Source: Eledone cirrhosa (taxonomy: Eukaryota). Taken from it: a stretch of DNA of 64,000 nt. Where the stretch lies: NCBI GenBank assembly GCA_964016885.1, contig OZ024740.1, forward strand, positions 135,408,001 through 135,472,000, given 5' to 3'. Shown here one piece after another: positions 50,300-62,246 of the stretch (position 1 is its first letter; each line of letters starts with the position of its first letter). The translations under genes were made by a program, and so were the position numbers. The notes below the pieces were generated by a model. It made no database searches and was not told the origin of the DNA. It saw only the letters and a program-made list of their open reading frames with translations.

Positions 50300-50427
50300 C
50301 CAGGTAGAAGGAGCAACGTGAAATAAAGTGTCTTGCCCAAGGACATAACGCATCGCCTGGTCCAGGAATCGAACTCACAACCTTATGATTGCGAATCCAA
50401 TTCTCTAACCACTCAGCCACATGCCTT

Positions 50428-50430
<3 letters not shown>
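50300..50430 (-). mobile_element. Family A-related SINE head
   Basis: Minus strand reads gaaggcatgtggctgagtggttagagaattggattcgcaatcataaggttgtgagttcgattcctgg (tRNA-like A and B boxes). Confidence 0.8.
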
Positions 50431-50511
<81 letters not shown>

Positions 50512-53003
50512 CATGTTTATGTGTGTAATAAGAGGCAGTTTATGTATGTAAAACTTCTCCTTTGCCCTTCAACACTCACTTACACAGCTAGCTAAAGATT
50601 TGATATTGGGCAATTTAATTTGTTGATTGTTTTCTCTGTGACACACACACCCTACACTCAAACTCTCCTTTAACATCAGTTTATAGCTTATTATATTCCC
50701 CCTTAATGAAGTCAGTGTTGAACTAACTGTAAATGACTAATTGATTATATAAAGTTGAAGAGCAACCAATTTGGGGTCGGCAATGTCTGCCGGCTGGCTG
50801 TATTTCTATTCTTGTAAAGTAAAATCAATCTGGTTAAAAAGCTGGGGTTTTTTTTCTATTCTCCTTTCTTTCCTGTAATTCATGAGATGTTTAGATAAAT
50901 CCTCATCATACTAGTGCAGCACCCCCACCAACATCAGTTACCTTATCGTTAATGTTAACCCTATCAGTACTGGTCTTATCTTCATGTAGCTTTTCTCTAT
51001 CCTGTTTCTGAAAAGAGTATCAGACTTTATTTAACTCATATTTTCATCATCAAAGTTATCACCATGAACAACATCAGCTGCATTGGTGTGGAGCCTGTCA
51101 ACCCTCTAGTTTTATTATCCCTGCTACTACCACCATCACCATCATCTTCATCGTTATTGACAAAACCACTGTCTTTTGCATTACTGCTACTACTACCACC
51201 ACCACCAATGATAAAAAAAAAACCCTCCTTCTTATGCATTGCTACTACCACCACCATCACCACCACCACTGACAAAATCTTTTATGTATTACCACTGCTG
51301 TCCTTCTGCCACCACCAGCACCATCACTGTTTATGACAATCACTATCATTATCAGTGACAATGCCACGACCATCATCATTGATAAATCTACTGTTGTTTT
51401 ATTTTGTTTTGTTTTTTTATTTTTCCTGCATATCCATCTATCTACTATACTTTTACATCACCATTGTCAGTTCTTTCATAATCATAGCTATTACAGTTCC
51501 TATTCCACCTCTTCTCCCTCTTTCATTCCAACACTACTACTGCTACATTTTCAGTACCAGGGGGCTCATCTATGCTGAAATAAATAATGACTCTCTAATT
51601 TTATGAATATATAGGTATTTAACTCCTATTAAATCATTATTATTGAACTGGATGTTTTTTTTCATGATTTTTATTGACTTCATCTGTAGGTGATTCAAAT
51701 TTGGATGAGGGCAAGATTTTTTTTATAGTCACAGGGTACCATACTCTAATTAATTGCTCAAATTGGTAGAAATATTAGACAATTTCTGCTCTGCTCACAC
51801 CCTGATATCTTAAGAAACTGAAAATTTAGACCATCTACTCCTAGATATACAAAACAATGACAACATTGGTTTGAGAGGGCTCCTCAATGACTTTGAAGTA
51901 CTCTTCATGGCAACTGACAACTTCTCTAGTGCTGCTGACAGTAAAATACATTCAGTGCAATCTGAAAAGTGGTTGGTGTTAGGAAGAGCATCCAACTTTA
52001 GAAACTGTGCCAAAACTGTAAGGATTCTTACACCAAATGCCATAAAATTTTCTGGTGCTGGGAACAATAAAATGTACCCAGTACACTCTGCAAAGTGGTT
52101 GATGTTACGAAGGGCATCCAGCCATAGAAACCATACCAAAAAAAGAAATGTGTTTTATCAAGACCTTGACCTGTCTAGGAGGACTGTGGTAAAATACTGA
52201 CCTATTCAACCTATGCCAGCAAGAAAAATAACTGTAAAATGGAGAATGGGGATAATCATGATTGAAATGACTTTGATCCTAGGTATACTTAGTCAGTGCT
52301 GACCTGAGGTTAAACAACAACCACCACCACCACCACCATTAACAATAACAATGAATCACTCACTGTTCATCCTCACAACCCATCTCATCCTACCTCATAG
52401 CATGTGGTAATTGTCATTACAATCAATACTACCACCACCTCCACTTTATTGCATTGTAAATTTTACCACTAATAGTAGATTAAGATAATATTCATAAGAC
52501 CTCATTGCCACTATTTCTCTTCCTCTTTCTTTAATCAAGTAAAAAACAAATGAAAAATAAAAAAAAATAAATATGTAACTTTTTTTTTTTACATTTCTAT
52601 ATTGATCTCATTTTATTTTCATATTTCCATTAAAAAAAAATTAAAATGTGATAAAAACAAAAATGGAAGGAAACAATTAAAATGGTTGAATAGAAATTTT
52701 CATTGTTTTTGCTTTTTTTTTTCTATATTCAATAAGGAAATTTCTCATCTTGATTTTTATTCCCCTCAATTGTCTGTCTGTTTGTGTTAAACTTTTCTCC
52801 CTGATTATTTATTGGGTTTATTGATCTTATCGTTATTATTATTATCATCATCATTTTATTTATTTGCTTTATTGGTTGATTCCATTCATATTTATTTATT
52901 GGGGGAGGTGGACTACAAAAAAATGCCCCCCCCCCCCCATATTTTATATGCTGGCCTTTTTTTTTAAAGTCGTTAATTACCTCTTCTTAACATCTTCCCT
53001 TCT

Positions 53004-53080
<77 letters not shown>

Positions 53081-53081
53081 G

Positions 53082-53418
53082 AAGGCACATGGCTTAGTGG
53101 TTAGAACATTGGCCTTGCAATCGAAAGGTTGTGAGTTCAATTCTCAGACCGGGTGATGTGTTGTTTCCTTGAGCAAGACACTTTATTTCACATTGCTCCA
53201 GTTTACTCAGCTGTAGAAATGAGATGATAGGGACTGGTGGTCCCTATCATTCCACTGCAAAGTGGTCGTGGAGGTGCCACGGCAAAAAAGCACCCAGCAC
53301 TCACTGTAAATGAGGTTGGTGTTAGGAAGGGCATTCAGCTGTAGAAATCAAGCCAGAGTCAGTTCCCGTCCCACCCTTGCAAGCAGGGAAAAAGGGGATG
53401 TAAAATGATGATGATGAT
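53082..53418 (+). mobile_element. Full-length family A SINE
   Basis: tRNA-like head, central tccttgagcaagacact, and RTE-shared tail gttggtgttaggaagggcat...gatgtaaaatgatgatgat. Confidence 0.9.
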
Positions 53419-53707
53419 ACATTGAGTTCTTCATGCAGACTAGACCCCCACAACTTACCGTGGATATTTCTGTGTATATATAAATAAATATATATTAGGT
53501 TCTGCAAGAAATGCTTAGGATTATCATGAATGCAGTAATGGTTAATTACTACTCTAGATAGAGTTGATGTGCGGTGAGGGGTTACTCAATGAGTTACAAA
53601 AGAACAGTTAAAGAAACGTGGTTTCCGATTCTTCTATATTCCGGAGTGTAGATAAAGAATAATTAATAAAACAGGTAGACATCATAAAATGGTAATTTAT
53701 TCCTAGT

Positions 53708-53825
53708 GTTTACAAATGTTTCGTTAGTAGTTACACGGCCTAGTCATGCTATATACAAATTGGTAGTTGTTAATTTGCAGATACTCAATTTTCAAATGCT
53801 GTTCGTACCACCAAATCTTCAGAAT
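53708..53825 (-). ncRNA. Hammerhead motif in PLE pLTR
   Basis: auu CUGAAGA - 93-nt stem II (uuggugg/cuacuaa) - GAAAC AUUU GUA aac. Stem I is only 2 bp in this copy. Confidence 0.55.
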
Positions 53826-55484
53826 GAATGGCTGAATCATAGTTTCTTTATATTTCTTAAAGGGAGTAATTGGGGAAGATAGAGTAGAAAAAGAAGAGAG
53901 AAAGAAAGAGAGAGATAGATGTAGGGGTAGGAGAAATGGGAGAGAGTGGTTTGAAGAATACAGATAGCTTAATCTAAATGTTGTGATAGGGGTCCAACAA
54001 GTGGTTTTATTATACTGCTTACTCTCAAAGTGACAACTTAGGCATTGTGTTGATATTATCAAGTTTGGAATTATTTATTGCTACAGAGAGCAGGTTAATA
54101 GATGTATGGAAGGAGGGAGATAGACAGAGAGCGCGAGAGAGAGAGAGAGGGGGGACAGAAAAAAGTTAAGAGAAGGGGAAGGAAAGGTGATATACACTGA
54201 GTTGATAGTTGTAGTTTGCTGATCGTACTTAAGTATCTATTTATTATGATAAGCAAGGTACTGGTTAGTAGTGGAGGGGGGGGGGGGATATAGTTAGGAA
54301 GTAAGTATTGAGTGAAATTAGTAAGTGAGAAAGTGGTGTAATAGTCTTGGGTTCAAATTATGTTAAGTTACTTTTATAGTGAGAAAATTTAGCCTTCAGT
54401 TTGTGGTTGCATTCGATTCTGTCATTTAGTAAATTGTTTTTAGATTTTAAGATATAAAAAAGTTCAAGGTTGCATAATCCACTCCAATATGCACTAGCGC
54501 TGGATAATTTATCCCATTTTAGGGTGAACTGCCGGTTGTATTCACGGAGTTGCCAGATCTTATTAACGGTGTTCAGGATGTTTAATCAAAAATCGATGAC
54601 GATACCAGCGTGATTTAAAGGAAGTAGTGGTAGACCCGACGTAATACCATTTCTGGTCGTTTGATTCGACAGTGCATTGATAAACAATGTTGTTCTCCAG
54701 GCATTTATTCTTCAATGAGCATCTCTCGGGTAGGTGGCCATTACAGTTTTTGTTATGGGTAACAACTGTACCATGGATAGGTTGGGATAACAGTACCAGT
54801 GGGTTGTGTAATACTTGTCTCCCATTTGGTGGTTGGGAAGTTGATATTACGTTATGCCCATCTGTGTCTAAAATATTTTGTTTTGTAGTGTTGTTTAATA
54901 ATCGCTTTATGGTGCAGTGAAGTATGATAGCTTAACAGTCTTAGAGTTTAGAATTTTACTGTATTTATGGGAATTAGGGAAGTGCTTGTTAATTAACTTA
55001 AAGAATAAGAGATAGTTTTGTACTATCGAAGCAGATCAGCAAACTATCAACTCGGTGTATATCGCCTTTCCTTCCCCTTCTCTTAACTTTTTTCTGTCCC
55101 CTCTCTTTCTCTTTCCCTCTCTTTCTTCCCCTCTCTCTTCCCCTCTCTCTCTTTCTTTCTCTCTCTCTCGCTCTCTGTCTATCTCCCTCCTTCCATACAT
55201 CTATTAACCTGCTCTCTGTAGCAATAAATAATTCCAAACTTGATAATATCAACACAATGCCTAAGTTGTCATTTTGAGAGTAAGCAGTATAATAAAACCA
55301 CTTGTTGGACCCCTATCACAACATTTAGATTAAGCTATCTGTATTCTTCAAACCACTCTCTCCCATTTCTCCTACCTCTACATCTCTCTCTCTCTCTCTT
55401 CCTTTCTTTCTCTCTTCCTTTTCTACTTTATCTTCCCCAATTACTCCCTTTAAGAAATATAAAGAAACCATGATTCAGCCATTC

Positions 55485-55602
55485 GTTCTGAAGATTTGGT
55501 GGTACGAACAGCATTTGAAAATTGAGTATCTGCAAATTAATAACTGCCAATTTGCATATAGCATGACTAGGCTGTGTAACTACTAATGAAACATTTGTAA
55601 AC
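55485..55602 (+). ncRNA. Hammerhead motif in the inverted pLTR
   Basis: guu CUGAAGA (55488-94) - 93-nt stem II - GAAAC AUUU GUA aac, with 3-bp stem I and AAUAAA 9 nt after the cleavage site. Confidence 0.65.
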
Positions 55603-55689
55603 ACTTGGAATAAATTACCTTTTTAAGATATCTACCTGTTTTATTAATAATTCTTTATATATACCCCCCCCCCCCTCCCCAATATATCG

Positions 55690-58600
55690 TATACGCGCCT
55701 GCAGGTTCTCTCTCAATCCCTTCCTCTACAAATATAAAATAAACCTGTTGTGAGCTACGAAACTCAGAATTTGTCAATCCCTTATTCTTGGCTACTTCGC
55801 TTGCTTGCTCTTCTGTGAAATGTAATGTACAAATCTTATTTTTCTCATTTCTCCATGTTCCCCAGTCCATTCATCTATCTGTATCATATCGTCCAGAATC
55901 CAATCTTTTCTTTTTCAATGCTATTCGATAATTCTGTCTGATTGTTCAAAATAATCTTCTTGTATTTTAAAATCCCATGCTTCTGTCAGACCCCCGAGAA
56001 CGATCTTCTACTTGTATTTAAATTTTTACTCTTATTACTGTTATATGCTCGTTAATTATCGTCGAAATTCTAGGATTTTATTTTATAAAATAACCTTCTC
56101 GCTAACTACCCCTGATCCCCTCCCCTCCTCCCCCACTCGCCACCATTATTATTTGGATCAATCATAATTCAGTGGCCTACGATATCACTTCTTAAGTTTA
56201 GACCTGGTTGCCTTTTGATATGATGGATGGACTACAGAATTCTGAAGAGTCTGAAAAATCTGGACACTCAATGACAATGCCAAAGATAAAGACAAATTCA
56301 CCTCATTCTGCCGGACGAGAATGCAAGGACTCCTCCTCTTTATTTCGGCCGTGGATGGCTAACATAACCCCATCTCCCTCACACCCACCAAACACAATAC
56401 AAAATTTCAGAGTTGGTACCATGAATGTAAGCACCTTAAAAGGTCGCTCTAACGAGGTTGTAGATATGCTTGAACGTAAGGAAGTTGATGTTTGCTGTAT
56501 TCAAGAGACCAGGTGGAGGGGTGGGTCTGCTAGATTCATTGTGGGTAAAAAAAACGATGCTATAAGCTTTTCTAGGTGGGAAATGACAATGGGCTGGGTG
56601 GAGTAGAAATCATGCTAGCAGAAAAATGGGTAGATAAGATAATAGACGTAAATAGACTAAACGACAGAATAATTAAAATAAGACTTGTCCTAAATAGAAC
56701 TACTGTGACAATAATATCTGCGTATGCACCCTAATCCGGACTGCCTGGCGTTATAAAAGACAAATTCTATGAGTCGTTAATGCTCACTACCTCGCAAATA
56801 ACCGACAGTGACTACATAATTATTGCTGGCGACCTAAATGGTCACGTTGGACAACATTGTGACGGCTATGACGGAATCCTTGGAGGCTATGGGTTTGGTA
56901 CTAGAAATGTGGAAGGCTCCAGAATCCTGGAATTCTGTGACGCAAATAACCTAACTGTCTGTAACACTAACTTCAAAAAACGAGACAATCACTTGATCAC
57001 CTACAGATCAGGGGAACACACCAGTCAGATAGATTATATCCTTACCAGAAGACGTGACAGACTGTCGGTTGTAAAAACTAAATCCTTCCCCATGAAGAAT
57101 GGACCTCCCAACATAGCTTCATAGTTAGCGAGCTCATAGTCAGGACGAGACATACTCGACAACAGAGGAGGACTATCCTCAGAAGAAAAATATTGAAGTT
57201 AAAGGACCCCACAGCCAGTAATAAATTTAAAAGCATATTACTTGATGCTTTTGACAGTAAGGAAGAGCAATTAGAGTCGTACAATATAGAGGAACAGTGG
57301 GAATTCCTGAAAGCTAACCTGCTGAAGGCGACAGATGAAATCTGTGGCTGGAGCAGACCTATAGGCAGGAGGAGAGTAACTTGGTGGTGGAACAGCAAGG
57401 TGGAGTCAATCAAGGCCAAAAAGCAGGCTTGGAAAGTATGGCAGGATGGGGGAAGTAGAGAAGACTATCAAGTGGCCAGGAGGGAAGCTAGGAAACAAGT
57501 GTACTTTGCAAGAAGGGAAGCAGAGGAAAGAAAGTTCAAGCATGTTCTACAACACGAGGACCAAAAACGTGAGGTGTTCAGGATTGTTAGGCAATGTGTC
57601 AAGGAAAACCGTGATATTGTCGGAGAGAAGTGTGTCCGTAATGATGATGGTGTACTTGGCATCACTGATGCTGATAAGAAGGTAGCTTGGAAGTGTCACT
57701 ACGAAAGGCTACTAAATGAAGAGAATAAATGGGAGAAAGATAGTCTCCCCCACATTGATCCAATAGAGGGACCAGCAGTGCAAGTTGAAGGTAGTATAAT
57801 AAGTAAGGCAATCAAAGATATGAAGACGGGCAAGGCGGCTGGGGCTTCGGAAATGGTTGCTGAAATGCTGAAAGCATCTGGAACGGTGGGACACACCATG
57901 GTCACCCGGATAGTAAACCAAGTCATACAGAATGGGGTCGTACCAAAGGACTGGCGTAGCAGCATCATCATTAACTGCTACAAGGGTAAAGGAGAAGTCC
58001 TAGATAGGGGAAACTATAGAGGCATTAAATTAATTGACCAGGTCATGAAGGTCACAGAAAAAGTAATAGCGCAACTAATCAGAGAGCGAATTGATCTAGA
58101 TGAAATGCAGTTCAGGTTTGTGTCGGGTAAAAGTACCACAGACGCTCTTTTCATTGTACGACAACTACAGGGGAAGTACCTAGCTAAAAGTAAACCCCTA
58201 TACTTAGCTTTTGTTGACTTGGAGAAAGCCTTTGACAGAGTCCCACGCCCCATTATCTGGTGGGCTCTCAGAAAACTAGGTGTTGATGAATGGCTCGTGA
58301 GAGCTATACAAGCCATGTATAAAGAAACAGTCAGCAAGGTTAGAATTAACAACGAATATAGTGAAGAGTTTAGCGTAAAAGTTGTTCATCAGGGCTCTGT
58401 CCTTAGCCCCCTACTATTTATTATTGCCCTTCAGGCTATAACAGAGGAGTTCAAGACCGGCTGCCCATGGGAACTCCTATACACAGATGATCTAACGCTC
58501 GTAGCTGAATCGATGGCTGAACTAGAGAAGAAATTCCAAACATGGAAACATGGAAGCATGGCCTAGAATCAAAAGGCCTTAAAATTAACTTGTCTAAGAC

Positions 58601-59798
58601 TAAAGTTCTAGTATGTAGGAAGGAAAATAGGGCACTAGTCCCCTCTGGGAAATGGCCATGCTCAGTGTGTAGGAAAGGAGTAGGCAAAAACTCCATTTTA
58701 TGTCCCAAATACAAAGTATGGGTGCATAAAAGATGTAGTGGGATCACAGGTAAGCTAACTAAGAACATAGATTTTATCTGTGGCCGGTGCTCAGGTGCAT
58801 TAAGTAGTAGCAAGTGCCCACAGGATACTAGCTCATTCCATTGCCCAGATGGTTCTATAGAAATAGTGGACACCTTCCGTTACTTGGGTGATAAAATCAG
58901 CAGTGAAAGTACAGTAGCTAGAGTCAGAACGCGATGGAAAAAGTTCAGAGAGCTTATACCACTATTGGCAGACTATAAGTTCAAAGAGCTTATACCACTA
59001 AAGGCAGACTGTATGATGCCTGCATACGAACAGCAATGTTACATGGCAGTGAGACATGGGCATTGTGTGCAGAGGATCTACGCAGACTGGAGAGGAACGA
59101 AGCTTGCATGCTCCACTGGATGTGTAACGGCAAAGCATAAATTAACTAAGTGAGAAATTAGGAATAAGAGGGATCAGATGCTGTTTACTCGAGAGAAGAC
59201 TACGTTGGTATGGTCACGTGATGCGCATGAAAGATGACAGCTGTATAAAAAAGTGCAGGGCGATCAAAATAGGCGGTAGCTACGGAGTAGGCAGACCCAG
59301 AAAAACCTGGGACGACTTGATAAATTCCGACCTTACACACTTACCTCTCCCAGACAATGTCACTGGACCGAGATCTTTGGCGCTACGCAGTAATACAGAA
59401 GATTCGCTTTACAAAGCGAAACCTACAGTCAATAGGCACCTCTTAACCAAAATACACCCCCGTCCCACTACCTCTACCCCCACCTCCATCTATACCACCC
59501 CTTTTGATGTAAAATTATGTTGGTACCACAACATCCAGTCCTCAATAAATGAGGTTGTGTAGGTGTCACAACAAAAAAAACACAGTCCACGCTGTAATGT
59601 GGCCGTGTAGGTAACATGGTAAAAACCTCCCAGCCCACACTGTAAATGTGGTTGGTGTTAGGAAGGGCATCCAGCCATAGAAAACCTGCCAGACAGTCCT
59701 ATACGAGCAAGACAACCAATCTTGCCCCAAGTGGGACAATTCCCGTCTAAACCCATGCTAGCATGGAAGATAGACGTTAAACGATGATGATGATGATA
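55690..59798 (+). mobile_element. Near full-length, decayed RTE-PHD LINE (sense to the host gene)
   Basis: ORF pieces 56208..56606, 56780..57124, 57193..58566, 58542..59153 and 59218.. are colinear with copy 1, with several frameshifts and stops. (gat)n tail present; 5' boundary approximate. Confidence 0.93.
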
Positions 59799-59885
59799 AT
59801 TTCGAAATATTTACTTCTGCATTCACAGATTGATTTTTTTAGTTTCAGAAGATCCCGTTAAGGGTGAAAGCAGCGATTCTTTGCT

Positions 59886-59945
<60 letters not shown>

Positions 59946-60333
59946 CCTCATTCCTTACTTTCCATCTTCGCTCCTTCTATAACTTTCCCATCCCCTCACT
60001 TTCACTCTCAATTCCGCTTCCATCTGTTTTTCTCTAGTCACTCTCCCCATCTTTCCCATCCCTCTCTCTCTATTAAGACACCCTATCTTTCCCATCTTTA
60101 TTCACTCTCTGTACATCCAACATGCACAAATATCTAGACACAGTATCATATACATTATATATACATTAAAGCATTATAAAACACTCTAATTTCACCCTGC
60201 CACACATGTATATCATCTTCATAGTCATCATGATCATCATTTAACATCCATTTTTTTCCCCCTTATTTGCATTATATATATATATAGGTATTTATCTATC
60301 TGTCTATCTATCTATCTATCTGTTTATATATAT

Positions 60334-60670
60334 ATATCACATAAGAAACGGAGAATCAGTGTTGCGACGAATAAAATTTATTAGATGTATTACAATCGTT
60401 TCTCTGGCGACCAGCTCGAGGCACGATCAATGCAATGATTGAACCTAACTCTGAAATCGCAAGATCCTCAGATACGTCTCGATTCTACGAAGCAGTTTCC
60501 AAATATCCAGAGCTGGTCGCCAGAGAAACGATTGTAATATGTCTAATAAATTTTATTCGTCGTAACACCGATTATCCGTTTCTTATGTGATATTATACTC
60601 TGCTCTGTAAGAGCATCGAGTGCTCAAATGGCCTACCGCTTACGGACGCTTTAAGCATCCCACACCAATT
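60334..60670. mobile_element. Fold-back PLE-derived mini-element (arms 60334-60417 and 60510-60593; tail ending ..accaatt)
   Basis: ~84-bp inverted arms with a hammerhead inside. It ends accaat+(TA)n, like the 6961 PLE terminus. Confidence 0.75.
60384..60478 (-). ncRNA. Type I hammerhead ribozyme
   Basis: gacguau CUGAGGA ucuugcga..(62 nt)..ucgccaga GAAAC GAUU GUA auacauc. Stem I is 6/7 paired and AAUAAA follows. Confidence 0.8.
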
Positions 60671-60707
60671 ATATATATATATATTATAATAATAATAATA
60701 GTAATAG

Positions 60708-60896
60708 TAATTGTTTCTACTTTTGGCACAAGGCCAGCAATTACCCAGTGCATTACTGGTACTTTATTTTATCGACCCTGTAAGGATGAAAGGCAAAGTC
60801 AACCTCGGCGGGATTTGAACTCAGATCGTTAAGGGACGTAACTATGCTGGAAAGCATGGCGTCCGACCCTCTACCGATACTGCCAATCCACCGCCT
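60708..60896 (-). mobile_element. Young family B SINE
   Basis: Highly similar to 20610-20800 and 38657-38846; flanked by taatagtaat on both sides. Confidence 0.88.
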
Positions 60897-60899
60897 TTA

Positions 60900-60930
<31 letters not shown>

Positions 60931-61388
60931 ATGTAAAGACTAAAATAAGGATAAATATATATCAAATATATAAGAACCCTTATTATTACTTTTATGATTT
61001 TATTAACCTCTGCCATTTTCGTTCAACTAATTTATTTACATTATTCTTAACTCCAAAGCCGAGAACCATTCGACTTCCTAAATAGAATATTAGTCTTATG
61101 ACTCTATTTATACCATAAACGTGGTTTTGTCTTTGCATGTATTTGTTCTCATCGTTCCACATAACAACGTATTATCTTCGCTTTTTTCTGTTCATTGCAA
61201 GGGAACATCTTCACGAACCAATGTATTGTCTTCCTGTTTTCGTTCGGTTGCAACGTTTTTCGAAATATTTACTTCTGCATTCACAGATTGATTTTTTTAG
61301 TTTCAGAAGATCCCGTTAAGGGTGAAAGCAGCAATTCTTTGCTTAAACTTTAATCAGTTATTTTAATAAATATATATATATATATATA

Positions 61389-61783
61389 TGAGTTCAATAC
61401 TCGGACTGAGTGATGTGTTGTTTCCTTGAGCAAGACACTTTATTTCACATTGCTCCAGTTTACTCAGCTGTAGAATTGAGATGATAGGACTGGGGTCCCT
61501 ATCATTCCACTGCAAAGTGGTCGTGGAGGTGCCACGGCAAAAAAGCACCCAGCCCACTCTGTAAAGTGGACGTGTAGGCGCCACGGAAAAAAAGCACCCA
61601 GCACTCACTGTAAATGAGGTTGGTTGTTAGGAAGAGCATCCGGCTGTTGAAATCAAGCCAGATTCAGTTCCTGTATGAGCAAGACAAGGTCAGCCGACCA
61701 GACACTGCCCACAACAGGACGACTTGTCTAACCCATGCTAGCGTGGAGGAACGAACGCAAAACGATGATGATGATGATGATGA
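61389..61783 (+). mobile_element. 5'-clipped family A SINE
   Basis: Starts at box B, has an internal duplication of gccacgg..aaaaaagcacccagc, and ends in the RTE-type (gat)n tail. Confidence 0.88.
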
Positions 61784-62160
61784 TATATATATATATATAT
61801 ACATAGACACATAGCTAAACTTGCAAATATACATCTATTCATATATTTTTAGCCTTCTCTCCTCACTCTCTAGTTTATCTTCCTCTCTTTTCACCTGTGT
61901 TTCCTCCTGTCTCTCCATTTCTTTCTCCCACCCCAACCAACTTCATATTTTACTTTACTCTTCATTCTCTCCCTACTATTCTATTGCCAATAGCAACAAA
62001 ACATCCTCTTCACTATAAACATCTATTGTAATTTTCAGCTATTTAAGGAATATTTGGAGAGATTTATTTTTATGTGGACCTAAGTAAACAATAAAAATAA
62101 TCATTACTGCCTGTATTTGTGAATATGTATATGCATACATACATGTGTATATATATATAG

Positions 62161-62193
<33 letters not shown>

Positions 62194-62246
62194 GGAGGAG
62201 GTTATAGTTCACTTGAAGCATTGTGTAATGAGGTATAAACGTTTGT

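Larger units (their letters stand above)
53513..55657 (-). mobile_element. 5'-truncated Penelope-like element (third family) with ~600-bp inverted pLTR
   Basis: Minus-strand ~54590-54750 reads CNGHLPERCSLKNKCLENNIVYQCTVESNDQKWYYVGSTTTSFKSRWYRH (GIY-YIG, homologous to 7653..8126). 53653-54224 is inverted at 55031-55657. Confidence 0.88.

Noticed and set aside
51036-51606. His/Thr/Ser/Leu-rich ORFs
   Set aside because: Degenerate CAC/CAT/CTA trinucleotide low-complexity sequence.
53082-53150. tRNA gene (also 25611, 50360-50430)
   Set aside because: A and B boxes are present, but no full cloverleaf forms and the sequence runs into a SINE body and LINE-derived tail.
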